Below, piece after piece: positions 55,813 through 64,000 of a DNA stretch of 64,000 nt; positions within the stretch are counted from its first letter, which is position 1; each line of letters begins with the position of its first letter. The position numbers and the translations under genes are program-made. This DNA comes from Archangiaceae bacterium (lineage in GTDB: Bacteria; Myxococcota; Myxococcia; Myxococcales; Myxococcaceae): positions 1-64,000 of the forward strand of contig JBEIIB010000006.1 of assembly GCA_040381015.1 (NCBI GenBank), in the 5' to 3' direction. Under the pieces are notes generated by a model that saw only the letters and a program-made list of their open reading frames with translations, was not told where the DNA came from and did not search any database.

Positions 55813-56988
55813 ATGTTCCTGCCCGTTCTTGCCGCCGTGCTCGCTCAGGCTCCTGCTGCTGCTCCCGCTCAGGCACCCTCGTCGGAAGCGCTCGACTTCA
55901 CGAAGCAGGTGAAGGTGCTCTTCCGCGTCGTCGCGTGCGCCGGTGACGAGCCGATTCCCGCCGCGTTCGACGCGAAGGTCATCGAGGCGCACTGCAAGGA
56001 GCTCAAGCGCCGCGCGGACGCGTACAAGAAGACGTGGGTCGGCGAGGCGATGCCCTTTCTTCAGGCGCTCAAGCCGGCCGGGCTGCCCACGACCGTCGTC
56101 TACCCGTTCGGTGGCGGCGACCTCATCTCGGCGCTCACGACGTACCCCGACGCCACCGACATCACGACGATGTCGCTCGAGCACGCGGGCGACCCGCGCC
56201 GCATCGACACCGTCACCTCGAAGGAACTCGCCCAGTCGCTCGCGCTCATCCGCTCTACCTCGTCGGGTCTGCTCGTCGCCAACGACTCGAAGACCGAGAA
56301 CCTCATGAAGGGCCAACGCGGAGAGCTGCCCGGCCAGCTGTCCTTCTTCCTCATCGGCCTCGCGGTGCACGGCTTCGAGCCGGTCTCGCTCAAGTACGTC
56401 AAGCCGAACGCCGACGGCTCGCTGCGCTACCTCTCGGCCGCCGAGCTGCAGGCGTCGGAAGAGAAGAGCGCGAAGCTGCTCCACAAGGCGTGGGTGTCGC
56501 CCGACTTCTCCGAGGCCTTCGACAACCTCGAGCTCGTCTTCGTGAAGAAGGGTGAGGACCCGAAGACGAAGGCGCGCGTGCACCGCCACTTCGCGCAGAA
56601 CCTGGCCGACTCGAACTTCGACCCGGGCATGCAGAAGTTCCTCGAGGGGAAGGGCCGCATCGTCGCGATGACGAAGGCTGCCAGCTATCTGCTGTGGCGC
56701 GACCACTTCTCACTCATCCGCAACTTCCTGCTCGGGCACATGGAGTTCATGGTGAGCGACTCGACGGGCATTCCCCCGGTGTTCGCGAAGAAGGCGGGCT
56801 TCGAGCAGCAGGCCTACGGCAAGTTCCAGGAGTCGTTCCTCGGCGCGAACCCGCAGTACAACGCCGACTTCCGCGAGCTGTGGAAGACGGCGAAGGCGCT
56901 GCCATTCCGCTACGGCTACCTCGACAAGAACCTCTCGAAGCACATGCTGGTGACGTTCAAGAAGTCCGTCGAGGCCGCGAAGCCCTGA
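55813..56988 (+). CDS. secreted hypothetical protein
   Basis: MFLPVLAAVLAQAPAAAPAQA signal. 391 aa with mixed composition and good GC3. The ORF is open from 55465. Confidence 0.55.
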   Translation: MFLPVLAAVLAQAPAAAPAQAPSSEALDFTKQVKVLFRVVACAGDEPIPAAFDAKVIEAHCKELKRRADAYKKTWVGEAMPFLQALKPAGLPTTVVYPFGGGDLISALTTYPDATDITTMSLEHAGDPRRIDTVTSKELAQSLALIRSTSSGLLVANDSKTENLMKGQRGELPGQLSFFLIGLAVHGFEPVSLKYVKPNADGSLRYLSAAELQASEEKSAKLLHKAWVSPDFSEAFDNLELVFVKKGEDPKTKARVHRHFAQNLADSNFDPGMQKFLEGKGRIVAMTKAASYLLWRDHFSLIRNFLLGHMEFMVSDSTGIPPVFAKKAGFEQQAYGKFQESFLGANPQYNADFRELWKTAKALPFRYGYLDKNLSKHMLVTFKKSVEAAKP

Positions 56989-56989
56989 C

Positions 56990-57772
56990 GTGCTGACCCT
57001 CGTCGTCGCCGTCGCGTTGACGCAGACTCCGGAGCCGCTGTCGCCGGCGATGGCGTCGATTCGCGCGACGACCGAGAGCGAGTTCGCCGACCAGCTCAAT
57101 GAGGACGGGCGGCACGTTCGCTTCGGCACGAAGGACCAGGGCGCGGTGCACGTCTGGAAGCCGCGCGCGTACAAGGCCGCCACTGCGGTCACCGTCATCT
57201 ACCTCCATGGGTTCTTCACCGACGTCGACCGCGCGGTGCTCGAGCATCAGCTCTTCACGCAGTTCCGTGACTCGGGCCGCAACGCGCTCTTCATCGTGCC
57301 TGAGGCGCGCAGCGGGCGGACCGACCCCGTCTTCTGGAGCGACGTGAAGGCGCTGCTGACCCTCGTGGAGCGGCGCACGCGCATCAAGCCTCCGGAGCGG
57401 CTCGTCGTCGTCGGCCACTCCGGTGCGTACAAGACGGTCGTCGACTGGCTCGAGCACGAGTCGCTGGAGCAGGTGGTGCTCGTCGACGGGCTCTACGGCA
57501 ACGACGAAGAGTTCCGAGACTGGGTCACCGCGGCGGAAGAGAAGACCCGCCAGCTCGTGCTCGTCGGCTTCGACACCCAGCAGCGCACCGAGTGGTTCCT
57601 CAAGAAGCACCCCCACGCCGTGAAGCTCGACGACCTGCCGTACCTCTACGACGAGCTGCCGCAGAGCGTGCGCAAGGCGAAGCTCATCTACTTTCAGTCG
57701 GAGCGCTTCGATCACATGGGCATGGTGACGACGGGCCGTCTGGTGCCGTGGTTGCTCCACGTGTTCCGGTAG
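56990..57772 (+). CDS. hypothetical alpha/beta-hydrolase-like protein
   Basis: GTG start 1 nt after the previous stop. ..TVIYLHGFFTD.., ..LVVVGHSGAYKTV.. (GHSxA elbow variant). Confidence 0.5.
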   Translation: MLTLVVAVALTQTPEPLSPAMASIRATTESEFADQLNEDGRHVRFGTKDQGAVHVWKPRAYKAATAVTVIYLHGFFTDVDRAVLEHQLFTQFRDSGRNALFIVPEARSGRTDPVFWSDVKALLTLVERRTRIKPPERLVVVGHSGAYKTVVDWLEHESLEQVVLVDGLYGNDEEFRDWVTAAEEKTRQLVLVGFDTQQRTEWFLKKHPHAVKLDDLPYLYDELPQSVRKAKLIYFQSERFDHMGMVTTGRLVPWLLHVFR

Positions 57773-58024
57773 CCGTCAGCGTTGCGTTCAATTGCGGGGC
57801 GGGAGCAGCCGAGTTCGAAATGGCCCACGACGGAGAGCCCGAGCGCGCCGATGGCCACCATCGCGTCGCGGCCTCGAGCAGCGTTGGCCCGGCGTACGCA
57901 CGAATCGCCGAGAGCACCCTATCGTGTCTGGCGAGCGGCTCAGGTCGTCGAGCACCTCGGCGCCTGCGATTGCGTCGACGATCCGTCGGCCCGCGCGCAT
58001 GCCGTGGCGCTCCAGGGTCGGCGT

Positions 58025-58993
58025 TCAGATCGTCAGCAGGAAGACCGTCAACATCACCGCCACGAAGACCAGCAGCAGGCCGGCCGTGAGGACCAGCTTG
58101 TTGAGCGCCTCTTTCTCGTCAGGCGTCTCGGCCCCGTCGCGCATCAGGTGCAACACGTTCCACAGCATGTTGCTGCCGAGCTTCCCCTCGCGGCCCTTGC
58201 GTCTCGCCCTGGCCTCTTCTTCTTCCTTCTTCTCCTTGATCAGCCGTTCGTGTGCTGCGCTGATTGCGATGGATGTCGCCGCGTTGGGGTTGTGTGGGTC
58301 GCGCACGGCCGGGCCATCGAGCACGAACTCCTTCTTCTTCGCCTTCAGCTCGTCGGTCGACTTCGAATCGAGCAGCGTTCGACCCAGGGCGAGCCCGTCC
58401 TGACCGGTGGTGCGGTCGACGAGCTCCTTGAACCCGTTGTCCGTCAGCGCCTTCTCGAACTGCTTGAGCGCCTTCGCCTGGTCTTCGGGCCGCATGGCGG
58501 TGACGGGCGTGTTCGGAACGTGGGCGTCGGGGTGGGCAAGCTCGACGAAGCGCTCGGCGTAGGCCGCGAAGAATTCCATCAACCGTTCGGCGTTCTCGGC
58601 TTTGGGGAGCCGTTCGTCGACGAGCTGCTGCTTCATCAGGAGCAGGTCCGAGCCGAAGCGCTGGCCGAGGCCGTTCGGGTCGAGCGACTTCGGGTTGGGA
58701 AGGAGTGCCTTCACGTCCCGGACGGGCGTCGCGCCACCACCGAGCGCGTCACGCAGCGAGGCGCCGAGGCCATCTTTGAAGACGTCCGTCAGCTCGGGGT
58801 TGGCGAGCAGCTGTTTGACTTCGGTGACCTCGTTTGGCCTCAGCGAGCCAGCCTGCGCGGTCTCCAGCAGCGACGTCGCGGCCACGCGGGCCTGGGGCCC
58901 ACCGGAACGAACGGTCCTGAGAAGGTCGGTCACCGCCATCGCGCCAGCAGTTTGACGCAGAGTCGGGGCACGACGAAGGGGCATACGCGCCAC
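58025..58993 (-). CDS. hypothetical protein with C-terminal membrane anchor
   Basis: 322 aa. Lys/Glu-rich helical stretch. C-terminal VLTAGLLLVFVAVMLTVFLLTI. Alternative start MAVTDLL (about 58939) would give more room for the divergent promoter. Confidence 0.5.
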   Translation of the reverse strand: MARMPLRRAPTLRQTAGAMAVTDLLRTVRSGGPQARVAATSLLETAQAGSLRPNEVTEVKQLLANPELTDVFKDGLGASLRDALGGGATPVRDVKALLPNPKSLDPNGLGQRFGSDLLLMKQQLVDERLPKAENAERLMEFFAAYAERFVELAHPDAHVPNTPVTAMRPEDQAKALKQFEKALTDNGFKELVDRTTGQDGLALGRTLLDSKSTDELKAKKKEFVLDGPAVRDPHNPNAATSIAISAAHERLIKEKKEEEEARARRKGREGKLGSNMLWNVLHLMRDGAETPDEKEALNKLVLTAGLLLVFVAVMLTVFLLTI

Positions 58994-59014
58994 GCCGGGG
59001 CTACAGTGTCTGCC

Positions 59015-59386
59015 ATGAGTGACAGTGACGGTGACGGCCCCGGCTCCGAGAAGCGACGGTTTGCGAGAACCGCGCTGTCACTGCTGGTGCAGTACCGCTT
59101 CAACACCTTCGAGGACTTCCTGGCCGAGTACTCGGTCAACCTCTCGGCGGGCGGTATGTTCATTCGCACCGACGACCCCAAAGAAGAGGGCAGCATCATC
59201 TACCTGCAGTTCTCCCTCAAAGACGGCAGCCGGCTCGTCGAGGGCATGGGGCGCGTCGTGCGGGTGAATCCTCCGGGAGTGCCGGGACGTACCGCAGGCA
59301 TGGGCATCGAGTTCTTGAACTTCGACGAAGAGTCGATGGCGCTCATCGGTGAGATTCTCACCAGCAAGCAGCCGAAGAAGAACTGA
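59015..59386 (+). CDS. PilZ-domain protein (c-di-GMP-binding type)
   Basis: EKRRFARTAL (RxxxR) and NLSAGGMFIRTD (DxSxxG) PilZ motifs. 123 aa. Confidence 0.8.
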   Translation: MSDSDGDGPGSEKRRFARTALSLLVQYRFNTFEDFLAEYSVNLSAGGMFIRTDDPKEEGSIIYLQFSLKDGSRLVEGMGRVVRVNPPGVPGRTAGMGIEFLNFDEESMALIGEILTSKQPKKN

Positions 59387-59391
59387 GTCCC

Positions 59392-60819
59392 GTGACACTT
59401 CGCACCCGCCTGCTGTTGGCCTTCCTCGCGCCGACGCTGGCGCTGCTCGTCTTCGGTGGGTTTCTGCTGTTTCGCGCCAGCCGCAACGTGCTGGAGCAGC
59501 AGCTCGGTGAGTCGTTGGCTGCCGTCGCCGCGACGGTGGCAGCGCAGGTGAGCCCGGAGCGGGTGCTCTCGCTGACACCAGAGGATGCGCAAGGCGAAGG
59601 CAGCCGCACGTGGCGGTCGCTCAAGAGGACGCTCGAGACGGCGCAGCAGGCCTCGGGCACGCGGCGCATCTTCGTGTTCGACGCCGAGCGGCGCGCGCGG
59701 CTCGATGTCGGCGGAGGCCTGCCTCCGGGTGCAGAGGTGCCTGACCTCGCTCGTGACGCGCTGGAGCTCGAGCAGGTGTTCGCAGGCAAACGCTACGCGT
59801 CGCAGGTGTTGTTTCGCGGCACCGATGGCGCCTTCTACAAGACGGGCTACGCGCCCATCGAGCAGGACGGGCACGTCGTCGCGGTGGTGGCGGTGGAAGG
59901 GAGCGCGGCGTTCTTCGGCTCGCTCGCCGACCTCCGCAATTCGTTCATCGGGCTGGCGGTGCTGACGCTGGTGCTGCTCGCCGTGGCGGCGGTGTTGTCG
60001 GCGCGACAGGTCTCGGGGCCGCTGGAGTCACTCGTCCGCGCCGCGCAGGCCATCGGGCATGGCGATCTCACCACGCCGGTCACGACCGAGGCGAAGACGG
60101 TCGAGGTGTCGGCGCTCTCGCTGGAGCTGGAGCAGATGCGCGCTGGCCTCGAGAGCCGCGACCGCCAATTGAAGATGATGCTGGGTGGTGTCGCGCACGA
60201 GGTGAAGAACCCGCTCGGCGGAATCGAACTCTTCACCGGCTTGCTCGACGAAGAGCTGCGCGGAGCGACGCCGAGTCTTCCCGATTCCCTCGAACACCTC
60301 GGCCGCATTCGACGCGAGCTCGACTATCTGAAGCGCATCGTCGAAGACTTCCTGGCGTTCGCGAAGGAGCAGAAGGTCTCGCGCGTGGCGTTCGACGCGA
60401 ACCAGTTCGTCGAGAGCGCAGTCGCGCATCTGCAAGGTGAAGCGAGCGGGCGTGGCGTGAAGCTCGAGATCGACGTGCCTGCCTACCGGCTCGAAGGTGA
60501 CGAGAACCTGCTGACCAGCGCGCTGGTGAACCTGGTGAAGAACGCGCTGCAGGTGTCGAAGACGGGCCAGACCGTGAAGGTCGTCGGTCAGGTCGATGGG
60601 AAGCACGGCGTGCTCGAGGTGCAGGACGAAGGCCCGGGGATTCCGGCCGAGCTGCAGGCGCGCATCTTCGAGCCGTTCTTCACGACGCGAGAGAAGGGGA
60701 CCGGACTGGGCTTGCCACTCGCGCGGAAGCTCGTCGAGGCGAACGCCGGCACGCTGACGCTCGAGTCGCAGCCCGGGCGCACGGTGTTCCGGCTGACGTT
60801 GCCGCTCGCAGCGGGTTGA
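59392..60819 (+). CDS. sensor histidine kinase (2 TM, HAMP, HisKA, HATPase_c)
   Basis: TM1 LLLAFLAPTLALLVFGGFLLF, TM2 FIGLAVLTLVLLAVAAV. H-box GGVAHEVKNPLGGI. N box LVNLVKNALQ. G1 VQDEGPGIP. G2 GTGLGLPLA. GTG start 6 nt after the PilZ stop. Confidence 0.9.
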   Translation: MTLRTRLLLAFLAPTLALLVFGGFLLFRASRNVLEQQLGESLAAVAATVAAQVSPERVLSLTPEDAQGEGSRTWRSLKRTLETAQQASGTRRIFVFDAERRARLDVGGGLPPGAEVPDLARDALELEQVFAGKRYASQVLFRGTDGAFYKTGYAPIEQDGHVVAVVAVEGSAAFFGSLADLRNSFIGLAVLTLVLLAVAAVLSARQVSGPLESLVRAAQAIGHGDLTTPVTTEAKTVEVSALSLELEQMRAGLESRDRQLKMMLGGVAHEVKNPLGGIELFTGLLDEELRGATPSLPDSLEHLGRIRRELDYLKRIVEDFLAFAKEQKVSRVAFDANQFVESAVAHLQGEASGRGVKLEIDVPAYRLEGDENLLTSALVNLVKNALQVSKTGQTVKVVGQVDGKHGVLEVQDEGPGIPAELQARIFEPFFTTREKGTGLGLPLARKLVEANAGTLTLESQPGRTVFRLTLPLAAG

Positions 60820-60852
60820 GCGGTACGTGCTCGGTGTCCTACACTGTAAGAC

Positions 60853-61121
60853 ATGAGCCGCCGCCTCTCTGGGAGTTTGACGATTCGCATCCCCGCGATG
60901 CTCGAGCGACGCCTCGAACGCACCTCGCGAAGACGTGAGACCACTCCCTCCGAGCTCGCTCGTCAGCCCATCGAAACGGGCCTGGACGAGTCGGAGGGCC
61001 GTGACAGTCCCACAGCCGGTGAGTTGGTCGGTCATCTGCTCGGGAGCATCTCGAGCAAGAAGGTGCCGGCGGGCCGCGATGCCAAACGAGCTCTTGCCTC
61101 AGCCGTGAGCGACCGGCGCAA

Positions 61122-61125
<4 letters not shown>
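60853..61125 (+). CDS. ribbon-helix-helix antitoxin (VapB/CopG-like)
   Basis: 90 aa. LTIRIPAMLERRLERTSRRR is a typical RHH beta-strand plus helix. Stop overlaps the toxin start (ATGA). Confidence 0.7.
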
Positions 61126-61569
<444 letters not shown>

Positions 61570-61575
61570 TAGCCC

Positions 61576-63627
61576 TCACTCCTCCACCAACTGCACGAAC
61601 GACTGGTACTTGTTCTCGATGACGTTCACGTAGTCGACCGGTTCCTGGCAGCGACAGAACCCTCCGCGCACCCGCCTCGCGTACTGCGGCCGCGCCAGCA
61701 GCCCCATCGCCTTCTCGACGTTGTTCGCCCACGTGTCGGGGTTCAGCTGCAACTCCACCGCGAGGCGGCGCGCGTCTTCCACCCGTCCATACCCGGCGTT
61801 GTACGCAGCCAGGGAGAACCGCACGCGTTCATCCAACGGGAGCGACGGCGTGAAACGCTTGAGCAGCCACGCCATGTACTTGATGCCCGCGTGCGTCCCG
61901 CTCTCGGCGTCGTAGAGCTTCGAGAAGCCCATCTCTTTGCCCGTCGCGGGCATCACCTGGAACAAGCCCCGCGCGCCGACCCACGACGTCGCCTTCGCGT
62001 CGAAGCGGCTCTCGCGCCACGCCTGCGCCGACATCAGCCGCCAATCGAAGCCGTACTGCGTCGCGTAGCGCTTGATGAGCCCGTCGTACGGCGAGAGCGA
62101 GCCCGTCTTGAACGAGTCTTGCGTGCGCGCGACGACGGCCTGCTTCTTGTTTTCGAAGCAGCGCTTCTTGATGACGTTGTACTCGAGCCCCCGGTACGTC
62201 TTCTTCACGAAGGCGTTGAGCGCGGCGAGCAGCTTCGGGTTGTCCTGCCGTGCTGCGAACGCGATGGGCCGCTCGCTCGAGAGCGTCACCGCCGCGCGCA
62301 CGTCGTTTCGGGTGAGCAGCTCCGCATCCAGAAAGTGGCTGTCGGCGACGGTGAGGTCCTGCGCGCCCGTCGCGACGTCGGCGATGAGGTCTTCCACTTC
62401 GAGCTCTTCGTCCGCTGGCGCGATGGTGAAGCCGTACTGGTCCGCCAGCGGCGCGAGGGTGGCCACATATGAAGACGAGGCACGCACGGCGACGCGACGT
62501 CCCGCGAGCTGGCTCAATGACGTGATGGGCACGCCAGCGTCTGCGCCCCGCCGCTCGACGAGCACTTCCTTCACGAAGAGGTACGGCGTCGAGAAAGCCA
62601 CTTCGCGCTGCCGCTCCGGAGTCACGGTCAACGACGCGGCGATGATGTCGGCCCGGCCCTCCTTCAACATCGGAATGAGCGCGTCGTACGAGGGCGCCAC
62701 CACCACCTCGAGCCGCACCTTGAGCTGCTTCGACAACAGCTTCGCGAGCTCGTAGTCGAACCCGAGCCGCTCGCCTTTGTGCAGGTAGAAGCTCACGGCG
62801 TTGTTCCGGGTGAGCAGGCGCAACGTGCCGCGCTTCACGATGACGTCGAGGTCTCCGGTGCTCGTGCCGAGCTCGTGCATGAACGAGCGCTCCATCAGAA
62901 ACGCGTCGAGCTGCGCGCGCAGGGCCGTCGCGTCGTTCCGCAGCGCCAGCGCGATGGGCCGGCCCGGAGCGACGGCGAACGGCGCGACGAGCCCCTTCGT
63001 GTAGTTCGTGATGGCCTCGAACCGACGGCTGTCGACGACGGTGAAGCGCTTGACGCCGCGCGACACCTCCCACGCCAGCTGGTCGGGAGGAAAGGTGCCC
63101 TCGACCTGCTCGATGGTGACGGCGATGCCCCTGGCCTTGAGCGCCTCGAGCGATTCGACGAACGCGCTGCCTTTCGCGACGTGCACGGTCGCGCCTGCGA
63201 GCTCTGCCACGCTCTTCGGCACCCCCCCATCCCCCGCGCGCGTGACGAGCAGCTCATCCACCACCTCGGTGGGCCGGGTGAACGACACCAGCTTCTGCCG
63301 CGCCGCCGTCACCGTCAGGCCCGCCGCGATGACGTCCCCCCGCCCGTCCAGGAGCGCGGGAATGAGCTCGTCGAAGCGCTCGATCGCGACGCGCTCCAGC
63401 GTCAGTCCATGCCGCTCCGCGAAGGCCTCGAGCAGCTCGAGCTCCGCCGCTTCGGGCGTGGCCTGCGGAGGCAGGAAGCCTTCGGTGAACAACCGCACCA
63501 GCACGCGCAGGCGCCTTTGGGGACCTGCGTCGGGCGCCTTCGTCACGCCCCCATCGGCTGCCGACACGCAGAGCCCCACGACGAGTGCGGTCAACATGAC
63601 GCTGATGGTACTCGCCGCTGCTCCCAT
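61576..63627 (-). CDS. mltF: membrane-bound lytic murein transglycosylase F-like (two SBP_bac_3 domains plus SLT domain)
   Basis: Two periplasmic solute-binding-like domains (..LRVLVRLFTEGFLPP..; ..LRLLTRNNAVSFYLHKGERLGFDYEL..). C-terminal lytic transglycosylase motifs (..AQAWRESRFDAKATSWVGARGLFQVMPATG..AYNAGYGRV). Start at signal peptide MGAAASTISVMLTALVVGLC. The upstream ORF extension to 63969 is not considered coding. Confidence 0.85.
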   Translation of the reverse strand: MGAAASTISVMLTALVVGLCVSAADGGVTKAPDAGPQRRLRVLVRLFTEGFLPPQATPEAAELELLEAFAERHGLTLERVAIERFDELIPALLDGRGDVIAAGLTVTAARQKLVSFTRPTEVVDELLVTRAGDGGVPKSVAELAGATVHVAKGSAFVESLEALKARGIAVTIEQVEGTFPPDQLAWEVSRGVKRFTVVDSRRFEAITNYTKGLVAPFAVAPGRPIALALRNDATALRAQLDAFLMERSFMHELGTSTGDLDVIVKRGTLRLLTRNNAVSFYLHKGERLGFDYELAKLLSKQLKVRLEVVVAPSYDALIPMLKEGRADIIAASLTVTPERQREVAFSTPYLFVKEVLVERRGADAGVPITSLSQLAGRRVAVRASSSYVATLAPLADQYGFTIAPADEELEVEDLIADVATGAQDLTVADSHFLDAELLTRNDVRAAVTLSSERPIAFAARQDNPKLLAALNAFVKKTYRGLEYNVIKKRCFENKKQAVVARTQDSFKTGSLSPYDGLIKRYATQYGFDWRLMSAQAWRESRFDAKATSWVGARGLFQVMPATGKEMGFSKLYDAESGTHAGIKYMAWLLKRFTPSLPLDERVRFSLAAYNAGYGRVEDARRLAVELQLNPDTWANNVEKAMGLLARPQYARRVRGGFCRCQEPVDYVNVIENKYQSFVQLVEE

Positions 63628-63744
63628 GCGCAGGTGCGTTCGCCGCTGTCGCCCGGTCGTCAGTCGCGTAGGGTCGCCTGACCAGGTTTGTCCGGGTGCC
63701 GACCTCGAGCGGACGAGCGGCATCGTCTGGCGGTGGAGGAGTGC

Positions 63745-64000
63745 GTGAGTCTGTGTCTGGCGTGTGGCTTCTGTTGTGACGGCACGCTCTTCAACCGGGT
63801 GCCGCTGCTCGAGGCCGAGGTGCCGCCGCTGAAGGTGCGCCTGCAGGTCGTCGATGGGCAGCACCACGCGCGCCAGCCGTGCCCCGCGCTCGACGGAACC
63901 GCGTGCCGGGTCTACGCCGAGCGGCCCCTGACGTGTCGGCGCTACCGGTGTCTGTTGCTCGAGGCCCACGAAGCGGCGGAGGTGTCGTTGGTTGGCGCCG
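63745..64000 (+). CDS. 5' part of a YkgJ-type CxxCxxCC cysteine-cluster (putative Zn/Fe-chelating) protein, running off the window edge
   Basis: Open frame V S L C L A C G F C C D G T L F N R V P L L..C P A L D G T A C R V Y A E R P L T C R R Y R C L L L E.. with the CxxCxxCC...C..C....RP..CR.Y.C pattern. GGAGGA just upstream of GTG 63745. High GC3. No stop before base 64000. Confidence 0.45.
   Translation, partial: MSLCLACGFCCDGTLFNRVPLLEAEVPPLKVRLQVVDGQHHARQPCPALDGTACRVYAERPLTCRRYRCLLLEAHEAAEVSLVGA

Overview
This 64 kb window has very high GC (about 70%), strong GC3 codon bias, and long spurious antisense ORFs throughout. It is most consistent with a myxobacterial (Myxococcota) chromosome, given the many lipoproteins, Ser/Thr kinases, PEGA/TPR/Kelch/Cys-rich repeat proteins and AgmX/PglI-type C-terminal domains. 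About 55 genes are supported. No rRNA, tRNA, CRISPR array or obvious IS/transposase was detected by eye.

Recognisable blocks:
- PocR-sensor/sigma-54-type regulator with a degenerate AAA+ core, GreA, and a catalase-related haem protein.
- An ABC exporter module: one ATPase plus two ABC-2 permeases, each fused to a gluzincin-like extracytoplasmic domain (one with an intact HExxH...E, one degenerate), flanked by two PglI/AgmX-type C-terminal domain proteins.
- A PHB-depolymerase-like esterase lipoprotein.
- A full-length bacterial homolog of the eukaryotic major vault protein (MVP), immediately downstream of pta(MaoC-fused)-ackA.
- A complete NAD(P)-linked bidirectional [NiFe] hydrogenase operon hoxFUYH-W, convergent with a znuACB-like metal ABC importer.
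- Two Ser/Thr kinases, one carrying three tandem extracellular repeats of about 95 aa.
- A 948 aa protein with six MJ0042-type zinc ribbons.
- An APC amino-acid permease, a long-chain acyl-CoA ligase, NUDIX genes including a frameshifted NudC-like relic, and Kelch/beta-propeller lipoproteins.
- PilZ plus a HAMP histidine kinase, a vapBC-like TA pair with an apparently frameshifted toxin, and MltF.
- A partial YkgJ-type Cys-cluster gene at the 3' edge.

The most unusual items are the bacterial MVP (vault) homolog and the protease-domain-fused ABC permease pair. Gene starts are approximate in several places because of GTG/TTG starts and in-frame upstream extensions.
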